In this document: positions 13,381-26,670 of the stretch, one piece after another | How the letters are laid out: every line of letters begins with the position of its first letter | Numbering within the stretch: the stretch's first letter is position 1 | Source: Eledone cirrhosa | Taxonomy: Eukaryota | Direction: 5' to 3' | NCBI GenBank assembly: GCA_964016885.1 | Contig: OZ024740.1 | Coordinates: 233,120,001 to 233,184,000, forward strand | Length of the DNA: 64,000 bases | The notes under the pieces: model-generated | The model's input: the letters and a program-made list of their open reading frames with translations, nothing else | Database searches by the model: none | What the model was told of the DNA's origin: nothing | Position numbers and translations under genes: made by a program

Positions 13381-13382
<2 letters not shown>
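12824..13382. repeat. Foldback (arms ~12824-13115 and ~13167-13382), each arm interrupted by a SINE S1 (12853-13040 minus; 13244-13353 plus)
   Basis: aaatgtaatctgagtttttcgaatattaat vs attaatattcgaaaaacttagatcacattt; gtcagtagaatgacccc vs ggggtcattctactgac. Confidence 0.85.
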
Positions 13383-13422
<40 letters not shown>

Positions 13423-13614
13423 AGAGTATTGAAGTTTGCTTGAAGCATTGTGGAATAATAAGATATATTTTCTTTAGGTCGATTTGGAAGCCTCAACAAT
13501 GCAGATGGGTAATTCTCCGGGTAACAAGATCCGGTGGTGAAGAGAGAGATGTAAGTGAATGTAGAATGAGATGTATAGTGTGTAGAAGAACGTAGGAAAG
13601 AGCGTAAACAAAAA

Positions 13615-13796
13615 TAATTGTTTCTAGTTTTAGCACAAGGCCAGCAATTACCCAGTGTATTACTGGTACTTTATTTTATCAACCCCATAAGGATGAAAGG
13701 CAAAGTTAACCTCGGCGGGATTTGAACTCAGAATGGCAAGGGCCGTAACTCTAAACGTCAAAGCATGGCGTCCGATCCTCTACAGTTACTGCCAAT
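13615..13796 (-). mobile_element. SINE S1 inserted in the left PLE pseudo-LTR
   Basis: Absent from the matching position (~16965-16975) of the right pseudo-LTR. Confidence 0.9.
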
Positions 13797-14221
13797 AACA
13801 CGAGATAGAGTTACTTTGGGAGAGATTTAATTGTCTCTATATTTCGGACTCACATCTATCAACTGGGGGGTTTTCCGGGGGGTGTTTATCTGTCGGATAG
13901 GAGCGATACGTGTCCTCCGCTGTTCGTTGTTTTGAATATCTGAGGTATTCAGCAGAGCACGCGCGCGCGTGAAATGTGGTCGGTCAAGCAGAAGTCGGCG
14001 GCCGAAACAGTTCTTTTAATTGTGGGTGTGGGGTGTCGTTAACTGTCAATCCATTGTATTATCTGCCTGTGCTGGTTTCTGTATTAGCAGTGTTGAATAG
14101 TGTATTCGTGTGGTGCTGGTAGTATTCCCTGCCTGTTTGGTGAATGCTACTGTGTGTGTGTGTGTGCGTGTGTTGTTGTCTCGCTTGTGTGTGTGTGTGC
14201 GTGTGTTGTTGCCTCATTTGT

Positions 14222-16837
14222 TTAAACCAACCACCTCATTTCACTTCTCTCGGATCGGTTATTTATTTGTGGCCCGAGGCGTTTGATCCAAAGTGCTTCC
14301 TTGATTCGTAATGTGCCGACGTTTCGTTCCGTCGCCAGAACTGTGACAATGGGCCTTCTGTCTTTGTTTCCGCATTTGGTTATGTGTTTCCGGAAAGACG
14401 AGGTCCTGGTGTTGATGTGCTCCTTGATCCGGATGTGTAGCGGTCGGATTGTGCTACCTATATAGTAGTGGTTACACTTGTTACATTCTAACTTATACAC
14501 GACGTATGTGCGTAGGTAACAGTTCGTATGGCGAATCGGGCAGTTTTTGAGGGAGCACGCGTCAGTCGATTTCTCGGGTTTGGAGAGACATCTTCTCAGG
14601 GAGGGGCCCGAGTGGGCCAGGTGGATCTCGAGGCGCTCCCTCCGTATAGCCCTGCGGTTGGCGTTGGTGGTATTCTCGCCCAGGTGTGGTATTTTAAGCA
14701 AGCACTTGCCTTGGGTGTTTCTCTGCCTCTTGCGTCTGGTGTCTCTTATTCTGTTTGTGAGTGGGGCAGGGTACCCGTTCGTCTCCAGCAGTTTGAGGAA
14801 TCGCTTGGTGTGGGTAACACTACTCGCTGCATCTGTTTTTAATTCGCGTGATCTCGTTCGTGATGTACTCTCTTTTAGCACTGTTAGGGAGGGCGGACTT
14901 GTAGTTGACGAACAGGTCCATGCAGGCTGCCTGCGGTAGAAGTTGGAGTGGATCCATCCCTGTTTCGTGATGTTGATTCGGAAGTCGAATAGGGCAAGTG
15001 ACCCGTCGTCGCTGGGGTGTTCAAAACTGAAATCAATGTTCTCGTCCATGTTGTTGAACGTCTCATAGATTCTGTTCGCCATCTCATGGGAAGATATGAG
15101 GATGAGGATATCGTCCACGTACCTTGAGAAAAAGGCGACGGCGTTGGGGAGGCAGGTGTTGAGTGCCTTGAGCTCGAGGCTGTCCATGTATGAGATCGCT
15201 GGCACACCCGACAGGCTTGAGCCCATGGGCAGTCCCGAGGTTTGCCGGTTGTTTGGTCGAGAAATCCGAAGTATGTGTTGTCAACGACGATGGATAGGAG
15301 TTGGTGAATGTTAGTGGTGGTGAGCTCGAAGCAGTGTAGGTCGGTAGATTGGACGCGTTCCATCAGTATATCAACGGCCGGGAGTGCCGGGACCGAGGTG
15401 TAAAGAGCGACTACATCAAGGCTGAAGGCATATCTGTTAGCCTTTCTGGTGTCGGGATCCTCTTGATGTAGGCGCTCCAACACATCGGAGCTGTTTACGT
15501 GTCCTGGCAAGGTGTCTTGGATTGGTTTGAGTATTCTGGCTAGGAGCCATGAAATTTTGTAGAGCGGTCCTTCCACGCTCGATACAATGGGTTCTGATCT
15601 TCAGGTCGAGTCCCTGTTTGTGTGTTTTCACGAGGTGGTAGAAGGCGGGTAGTCTGCTGTTCCTCGAGAGGAGGTTGTATCTCAGCTTCTTCGGGAGCTT
15701 CCGCCGGTCGCAGATGTTGGTCCAGGCGGCGTTGATGTGCTCCTCTATCTGCGCGGGAGTGATTCCCGTGACCTTGGAGTAGAGGTTGTCATCGTCAAGG
15801 TGTTGGAGGGCCAGGGTGTTGTAGGCCTCTCTGCTGATGACGCAGAATTCTTTTCCCTTGTCGGAGGGGAGGTATATGAGGTTCTTCGATTTCAGGTTGG
15901 AGAGAGTGATGAGTTGAGATTTGGTGAGGTTGTGTGTTGTGCGTGTGTGTGTGTGTTTGTGTAGAATATCCGAGATGGAGTGTTTTAGCCTGATGAGTTT
16001 AGTGTCGAGTTCGTGGTTGGTGGGTGGGTGGGTGGGTGGGGGGGGGGGGGGGTTGTCAAAGTGGTAACTTGGTGTGGGTTGCGTGGGCGTTGTTATTTTC
16101 CGTGGCGCTGTTGATGGCAGTCACCCATTTAAGTTGGTAGGCGGCTCGACAGAAGTTGGCTTCGATGTCGAGTTTGAGTCTGTCGTCGAGTCGTTGTGAG
16201 ACGATGAACTTGGGTCCGAGGCGTAGGAGTTTCAGCTCGTCGCTCGTGAGAGTGCCGATTAGGTCGTTGACCAGGTGCGTCGCAACGTTGAGATGTGGCT
16301 CGGTGTTGGTGGATGCGGCGGCGGCGGCGGTTGTTACGTTGTTGTTTTCCATGTGGTTCTGGTCTGTCATTTTGTTAGTGTCGGTGTTATCGTTGTGGAG
16401 TGTAGACAAGATCCACTCATATTTCCGCTTGAGCCGTTTTTTCTCGTGTTGAACTCTGGAGAGGTAGCACTGGTCGATCGCTTTAGTGATTTTAAGGAGC
16501 AAGTGGCCGGGTGTTATTGACAGTCGATGTGTCCACTCTGAGAGTGTCCGCTTATGGATGTGTAATTGGCGGTTGAGATGTCTCAGGATCTGTTTGATAC
16601 ACGTGCGATGTATGCGGCTAGTGGGGTTTTGAAAAGCTGGTGTACGTAGGCATCCTGGTAAGCGGATGTTCCTGTTGGTGGTGAGGAAAACATCGTTTTT
16701 TAGGCAGCGTTTCAGAAAAATAATTTGACAGACAACATTGCCCATTTCTCCGACAGTCTAAACAGTTCCCTTACGGATGCAAACAATTCCTGACTCAGGT
16801 GTAAGGATAAGAGAGTATTGAAGTTTACTTGAAGCAT
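14222..16837 (-). pseudogene. PLE reverse transcriptase-GIY-YIG endonuclease ORF, broken by several frameshifts
   Basis: IIFLKRCL (N-terminal), KTHK...LKIR, SLDVVALYTSVP, MGSSLSG, RYVDDIL, NGYP, CSLKNCP linker and VVYKLECNKCNHYYIGST...RIKEH, spread over ORFs 16056-16745, 15437-15631, 14884-15576 and 14222-15226; probable ATG at 16837. Confidence 0.92.
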
Positions 16838-17917
16838 TGTGGAATAATAAGATATATTTTCTTTAGGTCGATTTGAAAGCCTCAACAATGCAGATCGGTA
16901 ATTCTCCGGGTAACAAGATCCGGTGGTGAAGAGAGAGATGGAAGTGAATGTAGAGCGTAAAAAATAAAAATAACACGAGATAGAGATACGATACCTTGGG
17001 AGAGATTTAATTGTCCCTATATTTCGGATTCACATCCATCAACTAGGGGATTTTCCGGGGGGGGGGGGAGTTATCTGTCGGATAGGAGCGATACGTGTCC
17101 TCCGCTGTTCGTTGTTTTGAATATCTGAGGTATTCAGCAGAGCGCGCGCGCGCGTGAAATGTGGTCGGTCAAGCAGAGGTCGGCGGCCGAAACAGTTATT
17201 TTAATTGTGGGAGTGGGCTGGCTTTAGCTATCAAATCATTGTATTATCTGCCTGTTTGGTGAATGCTACTGTGTGTGTGTGCGTGCGTGTGTTGTTGTCT
17301 CGCTTGTGTGTGTGTGTGTGCGTGTGTTGTTGCCTCGTTTGTTTTTATTAGCAGTGTAGTATATTCGTATGGTGGAATGCTACTGTGTGTGTGTGTGTGC
17401 GTGTGTTGTTGTCTCGCTTGTGTGTGTGTGTGTGCGTGTGTTGTTGCCTCGTTTGTTTAAACCAACCACCTCATTTCGCTTCTCTCGGATCGGTTATTTA
17501 TTCGTGGCCCTAGGCGTTTGATCCAAAGTGCTTCCTTGATTCGTAATGTGCCGACGTTTCGTTCCACGCTAGCACTGTGATAATGGGCCTTCTGTATTTG
17601 TTTCCGCATTTGGTTATGTGTTTCCGAAAATATATATATATGCGGTCGATGGCAATTTTTTTTTTCGTCTTTAAAAGCTCATCACTCTGTTTTATGAGCC
17701 ATTCTAAAATGTTTAATTATATTCATATATAAATCAGTCGGGACCCCGACGGCCCAGCTCCTGCTGTTTCAACAATTATTTCAGAAATGGCAAGAGCTCA
17801 GCCGTCGTGGTCCCGTCACCTTCATATTACCACATTATACTACCCCAAGTATCTAGTTCTCTGGTGAGATTTTTACTGCATCCATTCTGATTAATATATA
17901 TATATATACAAACATAT

Positions 17918-17954
<37 letters not shown>

Positions 17955-17959
17955 ACTAT

Positions 17960-18501
17960 GTATATGTACATACATATATGTATACAGACGTACAGCAGTA
18001 TGTATATACACACACACACATATATATATGTACGTATGGCTTTACCGAACATTTATTATAATGCTCGGTTTGTTTGTAAACAAACTGCCCGATTTATTAG
18101 CCTTACAGTGTTCGGCAACCATCGTTGCCATTTTGTTCAACACTGACAAAGGAACGATGAACTAGTTTTTAGCTTCTTAGTTGTCATCAGCACTCTACAC
18201 CTTCCTGTCAGATGATTGAACGTTTGAAAGTATATACTTTCCTTATTCATATTAATGGCTGAGCATCCTAATTTGCATACCGAATGAGTTAGTCGGCCGG
18301 GCGTACCAAATACGATAAATGGAAAAAAATGAAATTTCATTTCTCACTCTTAGTACTGCTGATACTTAAATGTAAGTATGAATACCTACATACATATATG
18401 TATACAGACATACAGAAGTATGTATATACATACACACATGCACACATACATATATATGTACGTATGAGCTTACCGAACATTTATTATAATGCTCGGTTTG
18501 T

Positions 18502-18502
<1 letters not shown>
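17960..18502 (-). mobile_element. Diverged H2 retrozyme-like copy (~1.3 units, period ~428); a further fragment at ~20417-20570
   Basis: gtacgtatg...ttaccgaacatttattataatgctcgg at ~18030 and ~18458; degenerate hammerhead (CTGATGA...AAAA ctag) at ~18155-18195. Confidence 0.75.
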
Positions 18503-19889
<1,387 letters not shown>

Positions 19890-20033
19890 GAATATAATCG
19901 AAGTTGCAAATGCAAGTAGCAGATTCGCATCCAATTTTCGTAGGTTGTCACAAAGCACCCGATGAGGGAGTAATTAATACATTACTCCTCAGAGTAAACA
20001 CGATAAGTTAGGTAATAGTGACACAATGAATAA

Positions 20034-20276
20034 GGATGAAGGGCAAAGTTAAACTCGGCATGATTTGAACTCAGATCTTTGAATAAATAATTGTTTCTAC
20101 TTTTTGGCACAAGGCCAGCAATTTTGCCAGTACATTACTGGTGCTTTATTTTATCGACCCCGTAAGGATGAAAGGCAAAGTTAACCTCGGCGGGATTTGA
20201 ACTCAGATCGTAAAGGGACGTAGCTATGCTGGAAAGCATAATCCAACCCTCTACCGATACTGCCAATTCACCGCTC
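20034..20276 (-). mobile_element. Composite SINE S1 (full copy + 14-bp spacer + partial copy) with an 18-bp TSD
   Basis: tagtgacacaatgaataa at 20016-20033 and 20277-20294; internal ctttgaataaataa at 20077-20090. Confidence 0.88.
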
Positions 20277-20637
20277 TAGTGACACAATGAATAATGCGCC
20301 AAGAGGCATGTTGCCACATTAATACTAAAACAACGAAAATACAGACATGTTAAAGACGAACCTGGACCTGATCGACAGATATTAATCGATAAATATCTTC
20401 AATCGGTTTCTGGGAACAGACGTACAGTAGTATGTATATACATACATACATACATGCACACATATTTATACGTACGTATGGGTTTACCGAACATTTATTA
20501 TAATGCTCGGTTTGTTTGTAAACAAACAGCCCGAATTATTAGCCGTACAGTGTTCGGCAACCATCGCTGCGCTTTGGGTTAGGCTGGTGTTGTTCGTAGA
20601 CGCGTGAATGTGCATGCAGTCTCTGTCATGGTGAATA

Positions 20638-20820
20638 ACTGTTCCTACTTTAGGCACAAGGCCAGCAATTAGCCAGTGCATTACTGGTACTTTATTTTAT
20701 CGACCCCGTAAGGATGAAAGGCAAAGTCAACCTCGGCGGGATTTGAACTCAGATCATAAAGGGACGTAACTATGCTGGAAAGCATGGTGTCTGACCCTCT
20801 ACCGATACTGCCAATCCACC
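20638..20820 (-). mobile_element. SINE S1, full length
   Basis: Matches the family; short TSD gtgaata. Confidence 0.9.
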
Positions 20821-21113
20821 GTGAATACGGACATATTTTTAGGTTTTGTGTGTGTCCTGAGGGTATCTTGAAACTTCGTAGAATTATGTTTGTGAAAAGT
20901 TGGCAGATTTTCCATGGTACTGTAAGGCATATATTTGGATTGGGATGGAGAAGGAGAGGGAGAAGAAGGTAGAGTGGGTCATAACTAATTGGGGTGGTAG
21001 AAGTAGTAATAGTAGTAGGTGTAAAAAATGATGACAATGATAATGGTTGGTCTCTTGAAGTATTCAGAGAAAGTGGGGAATGGGTATTGGAATCATTATA
21101 ATCAGTATCGGTA

Positions 21114-21506
21114 AGGGCGGTGGATTGGCAGTATTAGTAGAGAGTCAGATACCATGCTTTGCGGCATAGAGTTACGGCCCTTTATGATCTGAGTTCAAAT
21201 CCCGCCGAGGTTAACTTTGCCTTTCATCCTTACGGGGTCGATAAAATAAAGTACCAGTCACGAACTGGGGTCTATTTAATTGACTTTCCCTCCCTCCAAA
21301 ATTGCTGGCCTTGTGCCTATATAAGAAACCATTATAATCAGTATCGGTAGAGGGTCGGATGATATGCTTTTTAGCACAGAGTAATGCCTCTTTACGGTCT
21401 GAGTTCAAATTCCACCGAAGTTAACTTTGCCTTTCATCCTTACGGGATCGATGAAATAAAGTACCAGTAATGCACTGGGATAATTACCAAAAGTAGAAAC
21501 AATTAT
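21114..21506 (+). mobile_element. Two SINE S1 copies; the first is inserted into the head of the second
   Basis: cattataatcagtatcggta duplicated at ~21094 and ~21330. Confidence 0.88.
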
Positions 21507-21764
21507 AATGAGAAGAAGTGTTGTTGAGCAAGACCGTGACTGTGTCATTTAATAGGTATTAAATTGTGCTAGTATTGAGGAGTGGTGGTGACTGCTCCTT
21601 TTGTTGCTGTTGTGGTTGTGTCTGTTGCTATTGTTCATTCTGGGGTTGATGTTGTTTCTATGGTTAATGCTGTTGCATCCCGCGAACAATATTTAGAGAA
21701 AATACATGGCGTAGTTTTTCAAAACGTCTGTTAATTAATGTAAATGAGATTTCAATATGTTTAA

Positions 21765-21986
21765 CCCTTTAGCATTCACATTACTCTATATTTACTATTG
21801 TATTTTTGTAGTAAACACTTTATCTTACATAATTATCTTACATAATATCGAATCTATGAGATTTTGATGTTATTTATTTTGAGAACAATACCTTAACATC
21901 AGTATAAGTGGCCAGTTTCATCTGGTTTGAACAGAAAGAGGTGAGACATTTCTAGCCGGATACGGCCGGTTTGAATGCTAAAGAGT
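21765..21986. mobile_element. piggyBac-type MITE
   Basis: TTAA|ccctttagcattc ... gaatgctaaaagag|TTAA; second, inverted copy at 45601-45822. Confidence 0.75.
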
Positions 21987-22329
21987 TAAGTTTACTCTGC
22001 ATTTTCCTCGACCGTTTGTTAAACAGTTGGCTATTCTCGTGGCAATTTGATTCACACATGAAGCGTCTATATTTTCAATTTGAGAAAAACACAACTAAGC
22101 TTTTATGAGACGGTCGATTTTATTCTGAGACAAATTTAATTTGTTGTAGACGTGTTGAGTAGACATTGTGATGTATCATTCCGTTTCTCAACATGTTTTT
22201 ATCTCTCTTTTTTTTATCTCTGTTAGTTTATAATTTATTTAAGGATATTCACGAACAGGTATATACAAGAGTTTGTGCAAAAATGTATGCTTCAATGATG
22301 ATAATAATAATACTAATAATAATAATACT

Positions 22330-23190
22330 ACTATTTATAGTTATGTATATACTATAAACAACTATAAACAGGAAAGGTCAGTAATTTCTTACTACCTTAT
22401 TACCAGTAAGAGAAATAGCTAAATGTAAGAATATCAGTTGCAGGAAAATAAATAAATTAGACAATTATCAAAGTTGTGTTCAAATCATTAATAGCTGACA
22501 ATCGTATCTTCCAAACTCTCGTTTGGGGTCATTGGAGCATTATCAATGTTTGTACATGTAATTAACCTCCTATTCAACTGAACAATAATATAGATACATA
22601 TATATTGATGTTGTGAGCAACAGTTTCGTATTTACAGGGTGGAATGGATGTGACATATATTTTACGAGAATTGTACAAGAATTCAAATTCAAATTCAAAG
22701 CACAGAGTGGAATACATGCAACAGATAATACAAGAGAATAGTCTAATAATTAAAGAGGCATTGAGAAAGGAGCTTTGAGAAAGAAAGTGTACAATAGCAA
22801 TACATATGCAAGCGTGTAGTAAGTGCACATGCGTTAGTCATATATATGAGAAGGAGATAAGCAAAGTTATTATGCATATATAGATAAATAAATACTGTAT
22901 GTTAAGCAAATATGCTAATGTATTAAAATCTATGGTGGATGTAGTATGTTGATAGTGTTTGAATTTGTGTGTGTTATTGCAGTCTCTTCCATTACATATG
23001 TTGAATTATATTTTAGTTTATGTTTATATTGAATGTTTTAAGTTAGTTAAAGCAATGGATTGTAAATTAGTCTTATTGTATTCTTATTCATGGACTATAG
23101 TTGTTCAACCGGTAGATTTTCCAACGGTTAATTTCCGGAAGTGAGTAAGGGGAGCTAATGCGTAAGGGGAGGTAACTAGCTAATTAAATT
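22330..23190 (-). mobile_element. 3' UTR/pseudo-LTR of a Naiad-like PLE family (H3) with a degenerate hammerhead at 22494-22538
   Basis: Homologous to 26335-26640 and 42230-43150; shared ccggaag...ggggag.taatgcgt.aggggaggtaactagct motif. Confidence 0.65.
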
Positions 23191-23237
23191 CACTTATTTA
23201 AATTCTTTGCTCTAATACACATTGAATCTCTATTACA

Positions 23238-23426
23238 TAATTGTTTCTACTTTAGGCACAAGGCCAGCAATTACCCAGTACATTACTGGCACTTTATTTT
23301 ATCGACCCCGTAGGATGAAAGGCAAAGTTAACCTCGGCGGGATTTGAACTCAGACTGTAAACGGACGTAACTATGCTAGAAAGCATGGTGTCCAACCCTC
23401 TACCGATACTGCCAATTCACCGCCCT
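23238..23426 (-). mobile_element. SINE S1, full length, 17-bp TSD
   Basis: gaatctctattacataa at 23224-23240 and 23429-23445. Confidence 0.92.
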
Positions 23427-24026
23427 CCGAATCTCTATTACATAATGCTATATATTTATACTTGATTTTAAATACAGTGTATTTTACTATAATACATTAA
23501 AGGTCCCTTTAGATTGTTATCTATTCATTACTGGACAAGATATATGTTATGGAAAAATTGCATAGCTGTTTACATGTCCAAATAGATATATCATTTGTGT
23601 AATAATATACATTATTGTTTTAAAAGTTAATCACTTATATACATGTTATTAATTTAAATATTTAATTATAAATGTATATATAGTTTATCATTACATATTA
23701 CATTAAATGTCTCTACATATTAAATATCCATTACTGTATATAATATAATTAAGCTATAGTAGTTATATCAAAAGGTGGCAACTTTATGTTTAATTCTAAC
23801 AGTTATTGCAGAGTATAACGTTAGAGATAAATAGGAGTAGTGTAGAGGAAAGAGCTGATCAAAGAGTGTGTTGCTGTGGGGGCTGATAAGTCCTAGATGT
23901 GAAGTGTTAATGGTGGTGAGGAATTCAAATCTGTCATTGTTATATACTAACAGCATTGTTATATACTAACATTGTTAGAGGACCTTTAAACATATCGGAA
24001 TACGTCAACTATTCAGTAACATACAA

Positions 24027-24151
<125 letters not shown>

Positions 24152-24743
24152 TTCTTCATTGTACTCTGTCATGGCCGTCATGCTTGCCATAGCCCCTTTT
24201 CCTTGATTACCCTTGAATTTTTGATGCACTAGATACTCGAACGATTGTGAAGAAACAGTATCGTACAGAGGCCTTAGAAACGAATAATTCTACTGTTCGG
24301 AGATTAATAAAAAACCGAACCAAAATACGGTAATTATACAACAATATATAGCTATCATTGTAGATTACAATAATTTTAGAATAGCTGACGAAACCTAATT
24401 TTGATACTTATTTTGTCAACTTAATGAATGACTAACCATATCTATAGCACTTGAATTTAGAAACGTAGTTGATTGAAACTAAATATCTTAACCTATACAC
24501 GCTCGTGTTTTATCATTTTCGCCAATTCAGTGCGGATTTATTGATTATATATGTGTCTCATTTTATTCGGCAATATCGATAGATCGGGTGCGAATTTATT
24601 GCAAACTGTACCCTTTTTAGAACCCTCGCGAGCAGGATAAAGGCCTTTGCAGGCCAGATTGAAACCCATCGCGAGTCGGGGGTTGATGACCCCTGCTTTA
24701 GCCTGAAGTCATTTCGTTTCTGGCTCTTCATTGCCGTAAAATA

Positions 24744-24957
24744 CGAAGGGTCAGTTGAAAAGTTCATAGGCTTAGAAGTTCATAGGCTGACCAAGATACT
24801 CTCATGTACTGACCAAATGAGGATTATTTTTCAACATATTCTCTGGAAAGAAACGATGCAGTCATTAATGAGAAAGGCTAAAATTAATGCATGAATATTT
24901 TTAAACTCTAGCAACAATCCTTCATAATGAGCCTATGAACTTTTCAGCCTACCTTCG
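24744..24957. mobile_element. Tc1/mariner-type MITE
   Basis: TA|cgaagggtcagttgaaaagttcataggct ... agcctatgaacttttcagcctaccttcg|TA. Confidence 0.75.
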
Positions 24958-25005
24958 TAATTTACGGCAATGAAGAGCGAGAAACGAAATGACTTCAGGC
25001 TAAGG

Positions 25006-25331
25006 CAGGGGTCCTCAACCCCCGACCCGCGAAGGGTTTCAATCTGGCCTGCAAAGGCCTTTATCCCGCCCGCGAGGGTTCCAAATAGGGTACATTTTGC
25101 AATAAATTCGCACCCGATCTATCGATATTGCCGAATAAAACAGTGTTTAAATGTATTTTTCTGTTTGGGACAGTTCTAAGTATCAATATTGAATTTTGTT
25201 TCAAATCTAACATAAGGGATAAATAAATGATTACTTATTTGTATATAAGTAGTATTAATTGCGCATCCGGCCCGCGGAGCCACTTCTGCATGGCTATCCG
25301 GCCCGCGAACCGAAAAGGTTGGGGACACCTG
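25006..25331. mobile_element. hAT (Charlie-like) MITE
   Basis: caggggtcctcaacc ... ggttggggacacctg termini, subterminal ccggcccgcg motifs, 8-bp TSD ggctaagg/ggctaaag. Confidence 0.8.
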
Positions 25332-26122
25332 GGCTAAAGTAATGAAATTCGTATATAAACAGAAAAGGAAAGTTCACGAGGACTACATTAGCAAGATCTC
25401 CCTGACAGGGGAAGTAGAATTTAGTACAGGTTTTGGTGTGAGAAAGGCACATTAGCTATATGTAAAGAACACATCGTATCTGACGAAATATTAAGCAGAT
25501 TGGTAACATCAGCGATTCATGCATCAGAAGAAACAACGCTTGTGTAAGTGAGTGATTGTAGTGTGTTGCTGAAGGAATATCTGATAATCAGCCGACTGCT
25601 TGGGATGTTATGCATGTGTAGCAACAGTGTTACGACAAACTAAAAGCATACAACAAACGACTCCTATTCACTTCCGCCACTTTAAACACAATACTAATAA
25701 TGACGTAAATTGAGTATCATTTTGCGTTGCGTTGCGTCCTGTATAACGAGTTGATCTCCAAATAATTAGGAAACTGTGATACTTTGAATTAAATTAAACA
25801 ACCCGTAATGATCATTATTGTGTGTGTTCGGTTAAGAAAAAGAGTGGTTTCCTTTGGCAAACAAACATTTTTTGTTCCTCGACATATGTCAATAAAGTTT
25901 TTAATGCATCACAGCTTTATGGTTTCAGTTTAGAGAATAAAAAGCATTTCCTTACAGATAAATAAATAAACTGTAGTAAAAGTACGGAACAGAATATTTC
26001 AACAGGATGTATGCAGTAACTTACATGACTATAAATTAATGTTACCCCAAGGGATCGGCGTGGCAAGTATCTACTGTCAGAAATATATGTAATGCACACA
26101 AACGTTATATATATATATATAA

Positions 26123-26314
26123 GGGCGGTGGATTAGCAGTATCGGTAGAGGGTCGGACGCCATGCTTTGACGCATAGAGTTACGGCCCTTGCCATTCTGA
26201 GTTCAAATCCCGCCGAGGTTAACTTTGCCTTTCATCCTTATGGGGGTCGATAAAATAAAGTACCAGTAATACACTGGGTAATTGCTGGCCTTGTGCCAAA
26301 AGTAGAAACAATTA
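26123..26314 (+). mobile_element. SINE S1, full length, inside (TA)n
   Basis: Near-consensus copy. Confidence 0.92.
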
Positions 26315-26334
26315 TATATATATATATAAATTAC

Positions 26335-26640
26335 ACAAATATCAAAGTTATGTTCAAATCAGTTAATTGCTGACAATTGTTTCTTCGAAACTTTCGTTTG
26401 GGGTCATCGGAGCCTTATCAATGTTTTTACATATAATTAACCTCCTATTCAACTGAACAATCATATAGCTACATATATATTGATGTTGTGAACATAACTT
26501 TGATATTTGTTTAATTTATATTCCTGCTCTGTAAAACACCTGATGTTCTTACATTGAGCTATTTCCCTTACTGGTGATAAGGTAGTAATAAATTACTGAC
26601 CCTTCCTGTTTATAGTATATACATAACTATAAATAATATT
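26335..26640. mobile_element. Short H3 insertion with an inverted 5' arm; hammerhead motif at 26369-26413 (-)
   Basis: acaaatatcaaagttatgttca / tgaacataactttgatatttgt inverted pair; minus strand gct-CCGATGA-ccccaaac gaaa gtttcgaa-GAAA-caattg-TC-agc. Confidence 0.65.
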
Positions 26641-26670
26641 ATTATTATTATTATTATTGTTATTGTTATT

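Larger units (their letters stand above)
13421..17630 (-). mobile_element. Full-length Penelope-like element (Cys-linker type, Neptune/Nematis-like) with direct pseudo-LTRs (~13421-14394 and ~16810-17630), inserted in (TA)n
   Basis: Direct terminal repeats carry the ORF 3' end, UTR and ORF 5' start; (TA)n at 13387-13420 and 17631-17641. Confidence 0.9.

Noticed and set aside
13945-14015. Hammerhead-like motifs in the Penelope pseudo-LTR (agcaga-stem-gaaa twice; also ~17135-17200)
   Set aside because: The core deviates at two or more invariant positions and no stem I can be formed.
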